Positions 30,599-40,130 of a stretch of DNA of 47,353 bases are shown in pieces. The notes under the pieces were generated by a model. The model made no database searches. It was not told where the DNA came from and worked only from the letters and a program-made list of their open reading frames with translations. Every line of letters begins with the position of its first letter. Position 1 is the stretch's first letter. The stretch spans positions 1-47,353 of the forward strand of contig JBGAIN010000047.1 in assembly GCA_044225505.1 (NCBI GenBank). Reading direction: 5' to 3'. The stretch is from Limisphaerales bacterium (GTDB lineage Bacteria; Verrucomicrobiota; Verrucomicrobiia; Limisphaerales; SIBE01). Position numbers and translations under genes: made by a program.

Positions 30599-31360
30599 AT
30601 GGCTTACACAGTCAAGAAACTGGCGACGATGTCGGGCGTCAGCGTGCGCACGCTTCATTTTTACGATGAAGCGGGTCTGTTGAAACCGGCCTACTATGGG
30701 GCCAACGGCTACCGGTTCTATGAAGAGCCGCAGCTGCTGACGCTCCAACAAATCCTGTTTTACCGGGAGCTGGGCTTTGAGCTGAAAGAGATCAAACGCA
30801 TTCTGGGCCGACCGAGTTTCGACAGGATCGCGGCTCTGGAATCGCACCGGAAGATCCTGCGCCAGAGCCTGGCCCGGACCCGTGCGCTCATCCGGACCAT
30901 CGACAACACCATCGAGCACTTGAAAGGAGCAAAGAAAATGAAAAGTCAGGAATTATTTGCCGGGTTCAGCCCGGAACAGCAGGCCAAGCACGAGCAGTAT
31001 TTGATCGACCGCTTCGGAAGCCGAATGAAAGACGAGATCGCCCGCTCCAAAGCGCGGGTCAAGGACTGGTCCAAAGCGGATTGGGAGAAGTCCGGCAAAG
31101 CTTTCGCCGAGATTTGCCGGGATCTCGTGGGGTTGATGGAGAGACCGTTGGCCGCCGACTCAGACGAAGTGCAAGGAGTTATCCGACGCCATCACCGCTG
31201 GCTTAAACAATTCTGGACGCCGACACGGGAGTCCTATGCCGGTCACAGCCAGCTCATTGTCGATTCCGAGCTGCGCAAGGCGTATGAAGCCTACCATCTC
31301 CGGCTTCCGGAGTTTACGGCCGCAGCGATAAAGGTGTTCGCCCAAAGGGAGCTCGGCTGA
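30599..31360 (+). CDS. MerR family regulator with TipAS-like ligand-binding domain
   Basis: SGVSVRTLHFYDEAGLLKP, NGYRFY, LQQILFYRELGF; C-terminal TipAS-like helical domain. Confidence 0.9.
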   Translation: MAYTVKKLATMSGVSVRTLHFYDEAGLLKPAYYGANGYRFYEEPQLLTLQQILFYRELGFELKEIKRILGRPSFDRIAALESHRKILRQSLARTRALIRTIDNTIEHLKGAKKMKSQELFAGFSPEQQAKHEQYLIDRFGSRMKDEIARSKARVKDWSKADWEKSGKAFAEICRDLVGLMERPLAADSDEVQGVIRRHHRWLKQFWTPTRESYAGHSQLIVDSELRKAYEAYHLRLPEFTAAAIKVFAQRELG

Positions 31361-31413
31361 GCCAACGCGAAGAAGCTCAAGTGCTTCGGGGGCCAACGCT
31401 TCGACTCGACACT

Positions 31414-31785
31414 TTAACCGCGCTTCACCAAGCGAGCCCCAACCAGCACTATTGGAATCAACAGCGCGAGAAACACGATGTGATACCAAATGGGCATCAG
31501 CGCGAACACACTCCACTCCACAGCAACACCGGTCAGGAGGAGAAGGAGGCCGAGAATCAGCGACGGATATTTCGAGGGACCTCGCGATATTACCATCGCG
31601 ACGGCCCCGGCAGCGATTGAGCAAACGACGCTAATGCCAATCAAGGTGCCCAGCGCCACAGCCGAGTCAATGCGTGCCGATGTGTCCTTGGGCAGAACAC
31701 CGACCGTCCTGAGCGTGGAATTGCCCACAAGCCAGATGATAGTCCACACGACCTAGCCCGCAATGATCGCCAAGGTCGGTCTCAT
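31414..31785 (-). pseudogene. Small four-TM membrane protein with in-frame TAG at codon 11
   Basis: ATG 31785 overlaps the upstream stop (ATGA); reads MRPTLAIIAG*VVWTIIWL...PIWYHIVFL. Confidence 0.65.
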
Positions 31786-32804
31786 ACGGTCAAGCGGCGA
31801 TTGGAAATGGCGGGGGCGACGGTCTCGGCCTCGAACTCCTTGCGGTCGGCCCCTAGTTCCCAAGGCGATGGCCCAACGAACTCGCTCGTTCTCCCTTGGA
31901 TCGCCATGACCTTTCGGTCGAAGTCAATCGTCACCGTCGCCCAGAGCGGGTCTCGGTAGGGCACCGTGTTTTTGATGGCCGGATGGGCCTTTTCTATCGC
32001 CTCACCATAGCGAGTGTGAGCGAAGGCTGAGCCGATCCAAAAATAGGCGGCGCTGTTGATTTGAACGTAAGGAATCTCGTTGATGATCCGGCAGTAGTCG
32101 CGGTGCAGGTGCCCGCTGAAACAGGCGACCACCTTCTTCCCGTCACCCTGGTTGGCGTGCTCCAGGATGGAACGGATCTGGGCGTGATTTTCAACACCCC
32201 ATTTTTCGTGGTCGAGCGGTTGGTGCGAAAACACCAGGACAGGCAACTGCGTCGCCGCCAAATCCTGCGTCAGCCATTTTGCCTGGTCTTCGGCGATGTA
32301 ACGGTAATACGGCTTCTGTCCTGGACCAGGATCATTCCCGTCGAGCACGACGAAATGCACCCCTCGATGGTCGAAAGAATAATAGGTCCCCGGCATCTCC
32401 ATGAATTTTAGGGCTTGCTGGCGGCTGAATCCGCCGTCCATATCATGGTTGCCCAACACGCTGTAGCGCGGGCCGGAGAAGGATCGCCAGATGTCCATGA
32501 ATGGCTGGTTTCGATCCACTGGAGTGCAGAAGTCCCCCATCTGGAGAATGAAATCGACCCGGTCAGACTTCATACGGTCGACGAAAGCTCTGAGACGCGT
32601 TTCGCTATCGTGCATGATGTCCTGATGGACATCGGCGATCAGCCCGAACTGGAGGGTGCCTGTCGATTCAGCCAGCCCCGCAGCGCTTCGCGGCCAAGGT
32701 AACAGCAACGCGCCTGCACCGGCGACGATGCGCGTCGCGAAATCGCGTCTGGAGTAGAATCCCTGGGGCGGCAGGAAGTTTTGGTTCTCAGACTTCGCCT
32801 TCAT
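31782..32804 (-). CDS. Calcineurin-like metallophosphoesterase, Tat signal
   Basis: SRRDF; ADVH, MGDF, LGNHD, FSHQP, FSGHLH. Confidence 0.9.
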   Translation of the reverse strand: MKAKSENQNFLPPQGFYSRRDFATRIVAGAGALLLPWPRSAAGLAESTGTLQFGLIADVHQDIMHDSETRLRAFVDRMKSDRVDFILQMGDFCTPVDRNQPFMDIWRSFSGPRYSVLGNHDMDGGFSRQQALKFMEMPGTYYSFDHRGVHFVVLDGNDPGPGQKPYYRYIAEDQAKWLTQDLAATQLPVLVFSHQPLDHEKWGVENHAQIRSILEHANQGDGKKVVACFSGHLHRDYCRIINEIPYVQINSAAYFWIGSAFAHTRYGEAIEKAHPAIKNTVPYRDPLWATVTIDFDRKVMAIQGRTSEFVGPSPWELGADRKEFEAETVAPAISNRRLTV

Positions 32805-32943
32805 GCTCGGTCTTATCTCACGCCCGGTTGGGTGATGGCAAGGACGTGCTCTGGGTTGCGGCAGAGGAGCGGCCCGTTCCTCAAGCAGGAGCGAGAATGC
32901 ATTCGGGCACGGTTCGTGAAAGCCCCCGTTGACCTGCAAGGGA

Positions 32944-33165
32944 TCGGTGCCAATTGTCACCAGCGGCAGGCCAGCATGGATCTGTGGATAGCGCGTTATG
33001 GCCGCTTGGGCCGCGTCGTCTGTCTCTACTGAGCCCGTTTTGCTTTGGTAGAAAGACGGAGCTGACTTGAGCTTCTATAGAGTAGGGGTCTGCCGCAAGG
33101 TGTAGAGCAGCGAATGCTGCGGCAATGGAAGAATTAAAAAATTGGAGCGAGCGAAGGGATTCGAA
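32944..33165. repeat. 222-bp direct repeat, copy 2
   Basis: Offset 4881 bp from copy 1, no indels. Confidence 0.95.
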
Positions 33166-33171
33166 CCCTCG
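33143..33171 (-). other. tRNA-Gly 3' fragment (T-arm, acceptor strand, CCA); att site of the adjacent element
   Basis: Minus strand CGAGGGTTCGAATCCCTTCGCTCGCTCCA; U73 and a GCG acceptor end fit Gly; no 5' half present; integrase starts about 95 bp away. Confidence 0.88.
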
Positions 33172-33266
33172 ATTCGCATCTGAATCAACAATAACGGAAA
33201 TAGCCATAATTTGTGGGGCATTTGGCCGACCTTGACACCTTTGGTTGTTATGCAAGTGTTATGCGC

Positions 33267-34445
33267 GTGGCGAGCCTCCACAAACAGCCTGGTCGGCCTA
33301 ACTGGTTTTGCGCATTTACAACACCTGACGGCAAACGCCATTTCAAGAGCACAGGCACGCCGGACAAAAAGCAAGCGAAACAAATTGCCGCCACTTGGGA
33401 GAACGCCTCGTCGCTGGCCAGCGCAGGAAAACTCACCGAGGAGAAGGCCAGGGCAATTATTGCAGGCGGAGTGAACGACGTGCTTGCAGCTGTAGGCGAG
33501 ACGCTCGCATCCAGTTCGATTCGCGATTTCCTCTCGGATTGGCTCAAGTCCAAGCAACTGGAGATCGCACCAAAGTCTTACGAGCGCTACGCTGGCGTTG
33601 CGGAGCATTTCCTCAGTTTTCTCGGTCCAGCTGCCAATAAGGACATAGCGCACTTGACCTCCAGGGAGGTCAGTCAATTCAGAGCGTGGATGGCTGCAAA
33701 GTTCAGTCCATGCTCTACGAATACGGCGTTGAAGATTATCCGGAGCGCACTCAACCAAGCTCGCAATGATGGAATGGTCTCTGTCAACGAGGCGCAAAAG
33801 GTGAAGATTTTGAAGGCGGAGTCCAGCAAGCGTCGTGCCTTCACCTTACCCGAAATTCAACGGCTGCTTGCGGTCGCAGGAGACGAGTGGCGCGGCATGA
33901 TCCTGGCGGGCCTCTACACCGGGTTACGAATTGGAGACCTCGCACTCCTCACATGGGCCAATGTGAATTTGCAGGAGCGGGAGATGACGGTCTTAACCGG
34001 CAAGACCGACCGCATGGTTGTGCTTCCGATCGCCAAACCCGTGCTGGAATATCTTGAGAAACTACCAGCTTCTGACGAGCCGTCTGCCCCACTTTTTCCA
34101 AGCGCCTACGGAGCAAAGCAGCGCAGCCAGCATGGCGGCACGCTTTCAAATCAATTCTACCAACTCCTGGTCGCTGCGGGCCTGGCTGCTCCCCGCCCTC
34201 ATGTTGCTATGAAGGAAGGGCGATCTGCCAAACGCCAGGTTGGAGGGCTAAGCTTTCACTGTTTGCGCCACACTGCCACGAGTCTGCTTAAGAACGCGGG
34301 GGTCAGTGACGTGGTCGCACGAGATATAATCGGCCACGAAAGCGAAGCGGTGTCTAGACTGTATACCCATATCGAGTTCGGGACGAAGATCCAGGCCATC
34401 GACAAGCTGCCGGATGTTACGAAACCGCCGTCGAAAGGCAGGTGA
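33267..34445 (+). CDS. Tyrosine recombinase / integrase
   Basis: Catalytic R (TGLRIGD), K (GKT), HCLRH, IGH, Y (RLYTH); start GTG 33267 or ATG 33261. Confidence 0.95.
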   Translation: MASLHKQPGRPNWFCAFTTPDGKRHFKSTGTPDKKQAKQIAATWENASSLASAGKLTEEKARAIIAGGVNDVLAAVGETLASSSIRDFLSDWLKSKQLEIAPKSYERYAGVAEHFLSFLGPAANKDIAHLTSREVSQFRAWMAAKFSPCSTNTALKIIRSALNQARNDGMVSVNEAQKVKILKAESSKRRAFTLPEIQRLLAVAGDEWRGMILAGLYTGLRIGDLALLTWANVNLQEREMTVLTGKTDRMVVLPIAKPVLEYLEKLPASDEPSAPLFPSAYGAKQRSQHGGTLSNQFYQLLVAAGLAAPRPHVAMKEGRSAKRQVGGLSFHCLRHTATSLLKNAGVSDVVARDIIGHESEAVSRLYTHIEFGTKIQAIDKLPDVTKPPSKGR

Positions 34446-35308
34446 GCATGGACTGGAAATTCCCAACAGAGGCTGACCTTGCGGCGATGAGGCCGAAACC
34501 CAAGCTCAGGAGTGAAGGTGAATGTTCGATTCGTGATGATGAAGCGATGGAGAAGCTCAGAGGCACCGTCTACGACAGCGCCTTCGGGGTGGCGCTCCGG
34601 CCCGCTGTCGTGTGGTGGGACCGGATTAACCGCTCAAAAGGTGGAAGCTACGATCAGCGGAGGAAGGCGATTTACGACCGGATCCGGTTCACAGATTTTT
34701 TTGGCTTTCCGCGACAAGGCGTGCTCAGAGAAGCGTGGGTTAGGAAAACCATTACGGAGGCAGCAGATCAGGCGGATCTTAGCTTCTTCAAGCAGTTTGG
34801 GAAGGCGCTCAAACAGCGACCCAGCTCCAAGGTGTCGCCTGCCTATGATGAGTTAGACGTTTTCCTCGTGACCGGGTGGGTGGACGCTCTGCATGGGCTT
34901 CCAGAGCTATGCTCGGTGAGTAAGAGCGGATTACTGTCTATCGTTCTGCATAGGTTTCCCAATCTGAACGGTCCAGACCACCTGTTGGATGAGGGAGCCC
35001 TCACTCAGCGGTGCTATCGAAAACTGGAGTTACCAAGCTACTCAGGTAAAAAATTTCGCGTTCGAGAGGTAGGTGAAAAGCTGCAATTCGTCGCTCCTAA
35101 TGGAGCGGTTTTTGTTTATCCTGCCCCGGAATCACGCGCTCGGTCTCATCCGGAATACCACTGGCCTATCGGCCAGAACTCATTGCACGCTCTAGCCGCT
35201 CTACCTCGCGGCCAGCAGCATTTTTGGCTTTTTCTGCTACACATCCTCGCGAGGTATCATCGGAAGAAAGCTCACTTCGACAAAAAGCGGAGGCCCCGAA
35301 CCCCGTAA
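34442..35308 (+). CDS. Hypothetical protein between int and xis (possible regulator)
   Basis: GTGA overlap with the integrase stop; function inferred from position only. Confidence 0.6.
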   Translation: MSMDWKFPTEADLAAMRPKPKLRSEGECSIRDDEAMEKLRGTVYDSAFGVALRPAVVWWDRINRSKGGSYDQRRKAIYDRIRFTDFFGFPRQGVLREAWVRKTITEAADQADLSFFKQFGKALKQRPSSKVSPAYDELDVFLVTGWVDALHGLPELCSVSKSGLLSIVLHRFPNLNGPDHLLDEGALTQRCYRKLELPSYSGKKFRVREVGEKLQFVAPNGAVFVYPAPESRARSHPEYHWPIGQNSLHALAALPRGQQHFWLFLLHILARYHRKKAHFDKKRRPRTP

Positions 35309-35403
35309 TGGTGGGCAATCCGCCGTTCCAGCTAGCGTGACCTGAGTAAGTTCACTTGGAGCAGCTTGACTCTGTTCCGGTGATTCAACCGAAAGGTCAG
35401 CAC

Positions 35404-35718
35404 ATGAGCCATCAGTTGACGACCGATCCCGTTAGACCGGCAGAAGTAGACAGACTTAAGCCAGAATTTGCCCGAACAAGGGATGTGGAGGCCACTCGTG
35501 GTCTCAAAAGAGGCACTATCTATAACCTATTTGCCGATGGCAAAATTCGGGGCTACTTGCTGCGAGTGAAGGGGCAAAAGAGTGGTGTTCGCCTTTGGGA
35601 CTTGCAGTCCATCGATGATTTCATTCGCAGCCAGCAATCTGGGAAGTCCGGCGGTGCTGCCGCACCAAACGGCGGTCCAAACTATGAAACAAACGGGGCC
35701 TCAAGCAATGAACAATGA
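35404..35718 (+). CDS. Excisionase/AlpA-like winged-HTH protein
   Basis: GLKRGTIYNLFADGKI...GVRLWDLQSIDDFI; position downstream of integrase. Confidence 0.75.
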   Translation: MSHQLTTDPVRPAEVDRLKPEFARTRDVEATRGLKRGTIYNLFADGKIRGYLLRVKGQKSGVRLWDLQSIDDFIRSQQSGKSGGAAAPNGGPNYETNGASSNEQ

Positions 35719-37414
35719 AACAACAAAAAAGCCCGAAGCGCGTGCGACCGCGCCAGGGGCCAAAGCAGAACCCGCAGCCACTCAGACCACAAGCTCAGCT
35801 GAGGCTAGTAAACCCCAGCAGTCTGCCCCAGTCAACAAAGCGCCGATCGCCCAATCGGGCAAACCTGAGAATAATCACCAAGGCAAGAACCCGAACGGGT
35901 GTGCGCAAAATGGACCCGCCACCAACGCCACCGCGCAACGTGACGCAGCAATCGCGAATGCTCTGATGCGTCAGAGGCTGCGTTATCGACTTGAGCATCG
36001 GCCTAACGGAGGGAGCGAGATCCGGAACGGAGCGCAGGACGACAGTGGCAGCAGCCTGGAAGCAGACCCGACGAAAACACCAACGCCGCATGCCATCTCG
36101 GCCTCAGCCGAAGGTGGGTGCCCGGATAAGCCGCATCGGACCCTTGAGACGATCCTCGGAAACCTGGAAGCCGCGCTGGTGCGACGCAAAGGGAAAACTC
36201 CATCCATTACGGATGAACAGCGCGTCGCTCTCGCCGAAGAGTGCGAGAAAATGCTCGGAGCCATTTCGGAATCCGAGTTGGTCCTATTGCTTCGGCCAAT
36301 CCGGGACACGGGATTGTATCTAGCCGTCGCAGGAAACTTCCGTGAGTTTTGCGAGGTCTTTTTGCAGTTGGATGCCGATCACGTCAACGGACTGCTCGAT
36401 GGACCGGGTAAGGACGACACAGCGACGGCGCTGACACCAGCGAAAGGGCCTCCGGCGCGAAGGACTCGCAAGGCCGATCCGTGTTCTACGTCCCCACCGG
36501 GCGAGGCAAAGCCCGGCCCTGACGCCCCGGACAATAGCTTAGCGCACGCGATCCAAGCTGGCGAACCTGCCAGGCCATCCGGAAAACGGGAGGACGACAC
36601 CACCATCAACTCTGGGAGCGAGACCGCTTCGTCACCGCAAGCGACTAGATCGACGCCTCACAATGTCGCCACTGACCCGATGCCATTGTCGCCAGCGGAA
36701 CCCCGCTCCCACGCCGCCCTGCTCACCGAACTGCACAAACTCCATGATGAAATCCTGGGCGCGGCAAAGATGACCCTGGAGAACGCCATCCGTAGCGGCG
36801 AAATCCTGGTTGGATTCAAGAAAGAAGTGGGACGCGGCAACTGGCTGCGATGGCTCAAAGATAATGTTCGATTCACCGAGCGGACTGCCCGCAACTACAT
36901 CCGGGTTTTCGAGCGCCGGACTGAACTGAAATCGGAAACAGTTTCCGATTTGACCCAAGCCTACCGGTGGCTCACTGAGCCGAGGGATGCGACCGAGCCG
37001 ACCGAAACGACGGAGGCGAACGAAGCGACCAAGGACGCCCAGTCTACGGTGACCAAGCAAAACGAGAGCCACCAGTCCCGGAACACCAAGGGCAAGTCCG
37101 CGAAGAAAACAAGCAGCCAGCAGAAAACCAGCAGAGGAGTGCAAAAACCTATGGGCGCGGAGACCGGTGCGCCCATCCAGGCGGAGGTTCCGGCGGGCGC
37201 AGCTGAGGTTCCGGCGATCGAGGCGACCAGTCAGGCCGATCCGAAGCAGCTGATCGAGGACATCGCCGACAATGTTCGGTTCCTCGTGGAGAAATGCCGC
37301 TCGGCTCTGGATGCCTATCCAAGGGGGCACACACGCCTGAAAGCGGTGCTCAAATCGTTTATCACGCAGATGGAGCGCGTGTTTAAGAAGGCGGAGATGT
37401 CCGTGGGGCGCTGA
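35708..37414 (+). CDS. DUF3102-like domain protein with long low-complexity linkers
   Basis: AIRSGEILVGFKKEVGRGNWLRWLKDNVRFTERTARNYIRV...KSETVSDLTQAY. Confidence 0.75.
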   Translation: MNNETTKKPEARATAPGAKAEPAATQTTSSAEASKPQQSAPVNKAPIAQSGKPENNHQGKNPNGCAQNGPATNATAQRDAAIANALMRQRLRYRLEHRPNGGSEIRNGAQDDSGSSLEADPTKTPTPHAISASAEGGCPDKPHRTLETILGNLEAALVRRKGKTPSITDEQRVALAEECEKMLGAISESELVLLLRPIRDTGLYLAVAGNFREFCEVFLQLDADHVNGLLDGPGKDDTATALTPAKGPPARRTRKADPCSTSPPGEAKPGPDAPDNSLAHAIQAGEPARPSGKREDDTTINSGSETASSPQATRSTPHNVATDPMPLSPAEPRSHAALLTELHKLHDEILGAAKMTLENAIRSGEILVGFKKEVGRGNWLRWLKDNVRFTERTARNYIRVFERRTELKSETVSDLTQAYRWLTEPRDATEPTETTEANEATKDAQSTVTKQNESHQSRNTKGKSAKKTSSQQKTSRGVQKPMGAETGAPIQAEVPAGAAEVPAIEATSQADPKQLIEDIADNVRFLVEKCRSALDAYPRGHTRLKAVLKSFITQMERVFKKAEMSVGR

Positions 37415-37441
37415 CTTAGCTCGATTTTCACTCGGAACAGT

Positions 37442-38538
37442 ATGCCTCTCCCGCTGATTTCCTTTGTGCCCCACTACTCGGCCCCGCCTAAGCCGATGCC
37501 ATTGGCTCTGCTGCCGGAGTTATTGAAACGGCCCATTATGCGCGACCTGGTTGAACCCTTGCGCGATCGGTTCGAGAGTGTCTTTGCCGCAAAAGGATTG
37601 GAGTCCGCCAAGAAGGCGATTCGTGAAGAAAAGGCCCACCTGCCTGCCGTTTTGGCCAGCGGTCTCTTCTCTGTCCGCAAGATTGTCGGCCTGGAGTCCT
37701 ACTCCTGCATCGTGCCGCTGGACTTCGATGGACTCAGCAGCCGCTCAGAAGCGAACGCTTTCAAGGAGATCGTCTCGCATGATGCGCAGGTTTATCTCGC
37801 GTTTCTGAGTCCTTCTGGAGAGGCGTAAAAGTGTTCGTCCGCGTGCCCGACCGAAAGCACGGCCTCAACTATGAAATGGCAGCTTGCTACGCAATCGAGC
37901 ATTGGGACAGGGCACCCGACCCTAGCGGAAAGGATGTCGTTCGTCTGTGCTTTGCCAGCTTTGACCCCGCGCCTTACTGGAATCCCGCAGCCGCAGTTCT
38001 CCAGTTCAACCACAGCGCCTGGTTGCGCGATACGGGCATGGACCAGAGCCGATTTGGACAGAAGAGGACGCGCCGTGAGCGTCGTGAGGACTTTGACTAC
38101 GACCCGGATGATGCCTGTCGTGAGGAGAGCAACCGGAACTGGTCCGGACGGGAAGCGAGCTTCGAGCTGGTCCAGGCGGCGGTGGCAGCGATCGACGACA
38201 GCTTCGCCAAGCATTACGAGGACTGGCTTCGCGTCGGCTTCGCCCTGCACTGGTGGGGAGGTAATGTTGAGCGAATGGACGAGGCGCGGGAGCTGTTCCA
38301 TGTGTTCTCCGCCAAGTGCCCGGCCAAGTATAGCCCAGGCGAGACGGACGCGAAGTGGGACTCGATTGAGAAGTCATCCCGCTGGCTTGATTCCGATGCG
38401 GTGACCATAGGGACCGTGTTTTACTACGCCGTCGAGAGCGGATTTGAACTGGGCGCTCAGGGGCGTGAGGACGACGAGGACAGAGACCAATGGAGCGCAC
38501 CACGCCGGAAACCACGATGGTCACGCTTCGATAGGTAG
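37442..38538 (+). pseudogene. VirE N-terminal (BT4734/BF3469-like) primase domain plus PriCT-2 domain, one frameshift near 37822
   Basis: KAHLPAVLASGLF, LDFDGL, FLSPSGE|(G)VKVF, DPSGKDVVRLCFASFDP; YEDWLRVGFAL...ETDAKWDS...VTIGTVFYYA. Confidence 0.82.
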
Positions 38539-38545
38539 GCCCTCG

Positions 38546-39106
38546 ATGGAGACCATAACTCAGCTCGCTCTCAAGTGGCGCAAATACTGGGTCCGCCGGG
38601 AGGATTGGCGGAAAGCAGTGGCAACCCGTGATCCGGAGTTGGCGATAGAGATAGCCGCCAAGGCACTGAAAAACGCCGCTGAATTGGGCTTATCCATGCT
38701 GACGTTCATCACCTACAACGTCGAAACAGGCCAAACGACGGTCGTCAAACAAGTAATTCGGTCGCTCCTGGAGCGTTGCTTCCCTGAAAAAAAGGACTAC
38801 GAGCGTGCCCTGGCCAAGCTGGTCAAGGAGAGCAAGATCCGGACGACGATGAGCTATGAGCGGAATGATCCGGGAATGCCCTGGATTCTTTATGCGATCC
38901 GCGATGGCAACTACTACTTTGAGCAAAAAGATGGCAACTGGTCGCAGATCAGCCGAGAGCATCTAAAGACCCTGCATGGCAGCACGGCATCGACACGGAG
39001 GGCGCGGGAACTGGGCAATCCCAATTCGATAGCTATCTATGGTGGCTCGGTTTCATCGTGCGGTTGGCGACATCTGGGAAGTCCATGCCGACTACACAAC
39101 CGATGA
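38546..39106 (+). CDS. Hypothetical protein (possibly the frameshifted N-terminus of the helicase)
   Basis: ORF between primase and helicase; overlaps the next ORF by 68 bp. Confidence 0.55.
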   Translation: METITQLALKWRKYWVRREDWRKAVATRDPELAIEIAAKALKNAAELGLSMLTFITYNVETGQTTVVKQVIRSLLERCFPEKKDYERALAKLVKESKIRTTMSYERNDPGMPWILYAIRDGNYYFEQKDGNWSQISREHLKTLHGSTASTRRARELGNPNSIAIYGGSVSSCGWRHLGSPCRLHNR

Positions 39107-40118
39107 CTGCGCCACGGAGGAGAAGTTGCCTATGCCACCCGTTATCGTTGAGGGGATGCTGCACGGCGCGAGCAAGATCGAGCTGGGCGGCGGCAGCAAG
39201 AGCTTTAAGACATGGGCGTTGATTGATCTGGCCGTCAGCGTAGCGACGGGGACGACTTGGTGGGGGAGAAAGTGCCTTCGGGGAAAAGTCCTCTACGTCA
39301 ACTTCGAGCTGGCAAAGGCGTTTTTCCAACAGCGGCGAGATGAAGTGCTCCAGGCAAAGCGCGTAAAGCTCGAACCAGGACAACTGTTCCACATGTGCCT
39401 GCGGGGGCAAGCGTCCTCGGTCGAGGCGTTGATGCCCGTAATCATCAGGCGGGCGCGAGAGTTGGGTTGTGCCCTGGTTATCCTCGATCCGGTTTACAAG
39501 CTGCTCTTGGGAGCAGGACGAGAGCGCAAGGATGAAAATTCCGCCAGCGACATCACCAGGCTGATGAACGAGATGGAGCGCCTGGCGGTGGAGACAGGCG
39601 CAGCAGTCGGCTTCGGCGCACATTTCAGTAAAGGCAACCAAGCCAGCAAGGAAAGCATGGATCGTATTTCTGGATCTGGCGTTTTCGCTCGCGACCCTGA
39701 TTCGGTCCTGACCATGACAGCGCACAGCGAGGATGGGGTGTTTTCCGTGGAAGGCAGGCTCAGGAATCTGCCGCCGCTGGAGCCATTCTGTGTCCGTTGG
39801 CATTATCCGCTTTTTGAGCTGGCGGAGGATTGTGACCCGAAAGACCTCAAACAGCCCCAGAAGAAAAACGGCTATCAGGATTCGGACTGGCTGCAACACC
39901 TGGGCGAGAAGCCGACTTCATACAAAGACTGGAGCGAGCGCGTCATTGGGGCTACGGGCATGGTCCCGTCCACGTTCAAGTCGGGTCGTGCGCGTTTGGT
40001 TAAAGAGAAGAAAGTCACCCAGGTGGGCTCTGGATACGTCCTCACGGAGCTAGGCCGACGTTCGGTTCGGCCCTCGACCCTCAAAAATGACCTGCAAGCC
40101 ATTGATAATCAACGTTAG
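39039..40118 (+). CDS. AAA_25 / RepA-like SF4 helicase
   Basis: Walker A-like GGSKSFKT, VLYVNFEL, Walker B VILDPVYK, AHFSKG, SGSGVFARDPD. Confidence 0.85.
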   Translation: MVARFHRAVGDIWEVHADYTTDDCATEEKLPMPPVIVEGMLHGASKIELGGGSKSFKTWALIDLAVSVATGTTWWGRKCLRGKVLYVNFELAKAFFQQRRDEVLQAKRVKLEPGQLFHMCLRGQASSVEALMPVIIRRARELGCALVILDPVYKLLLGAGRERKDENSASDITRLMNEMERLAVETGAAVGFGAHFSKGNQASKESMDRISGSGVFARDPDSVLTMTAHSEDGVFSVEGRLRNLPPLEPFCVRWHYPLFELAEDCDPKDLKQPQKKNGYQDSDWLQHLGEKPTSYKDWSERVIGATGMVPSTFKSGRARLVKEKKVTQVGSGYVLTELGRRSVRPSTLKNDLQAIDNQR

Positions 40119-40130
40119 GCCGGAGGCCAA

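Larger units (their letters stand above)
28262..33142. mobile_element. Integrase-less islet between two tRNA-Gly 3' fragments
   Basis: Bounded by att-like fragments; contains unrelated cargo and truncated genes. Confidence 0.6.

Noticed and set aside
33143..33220. Intact tRNA gene
   Set aside because: Only the T-arm and acceptor 3' strand are present; no D or anticodon arm and no matching 5' GCGAGCG
28018..33255. Two near-identical minus-strand ORFs (28018-28395 and 32881-33255)
   Set aside because: They read through the tRNA fragment and the 222-bp repeat; the similarity is explained by the DNA duplication
37815..37835. Programmed ribosomal frameshift in the primase
   Set aside because: No canonical slippery heptamer; a single lost G explains it, and other indels exist in the window
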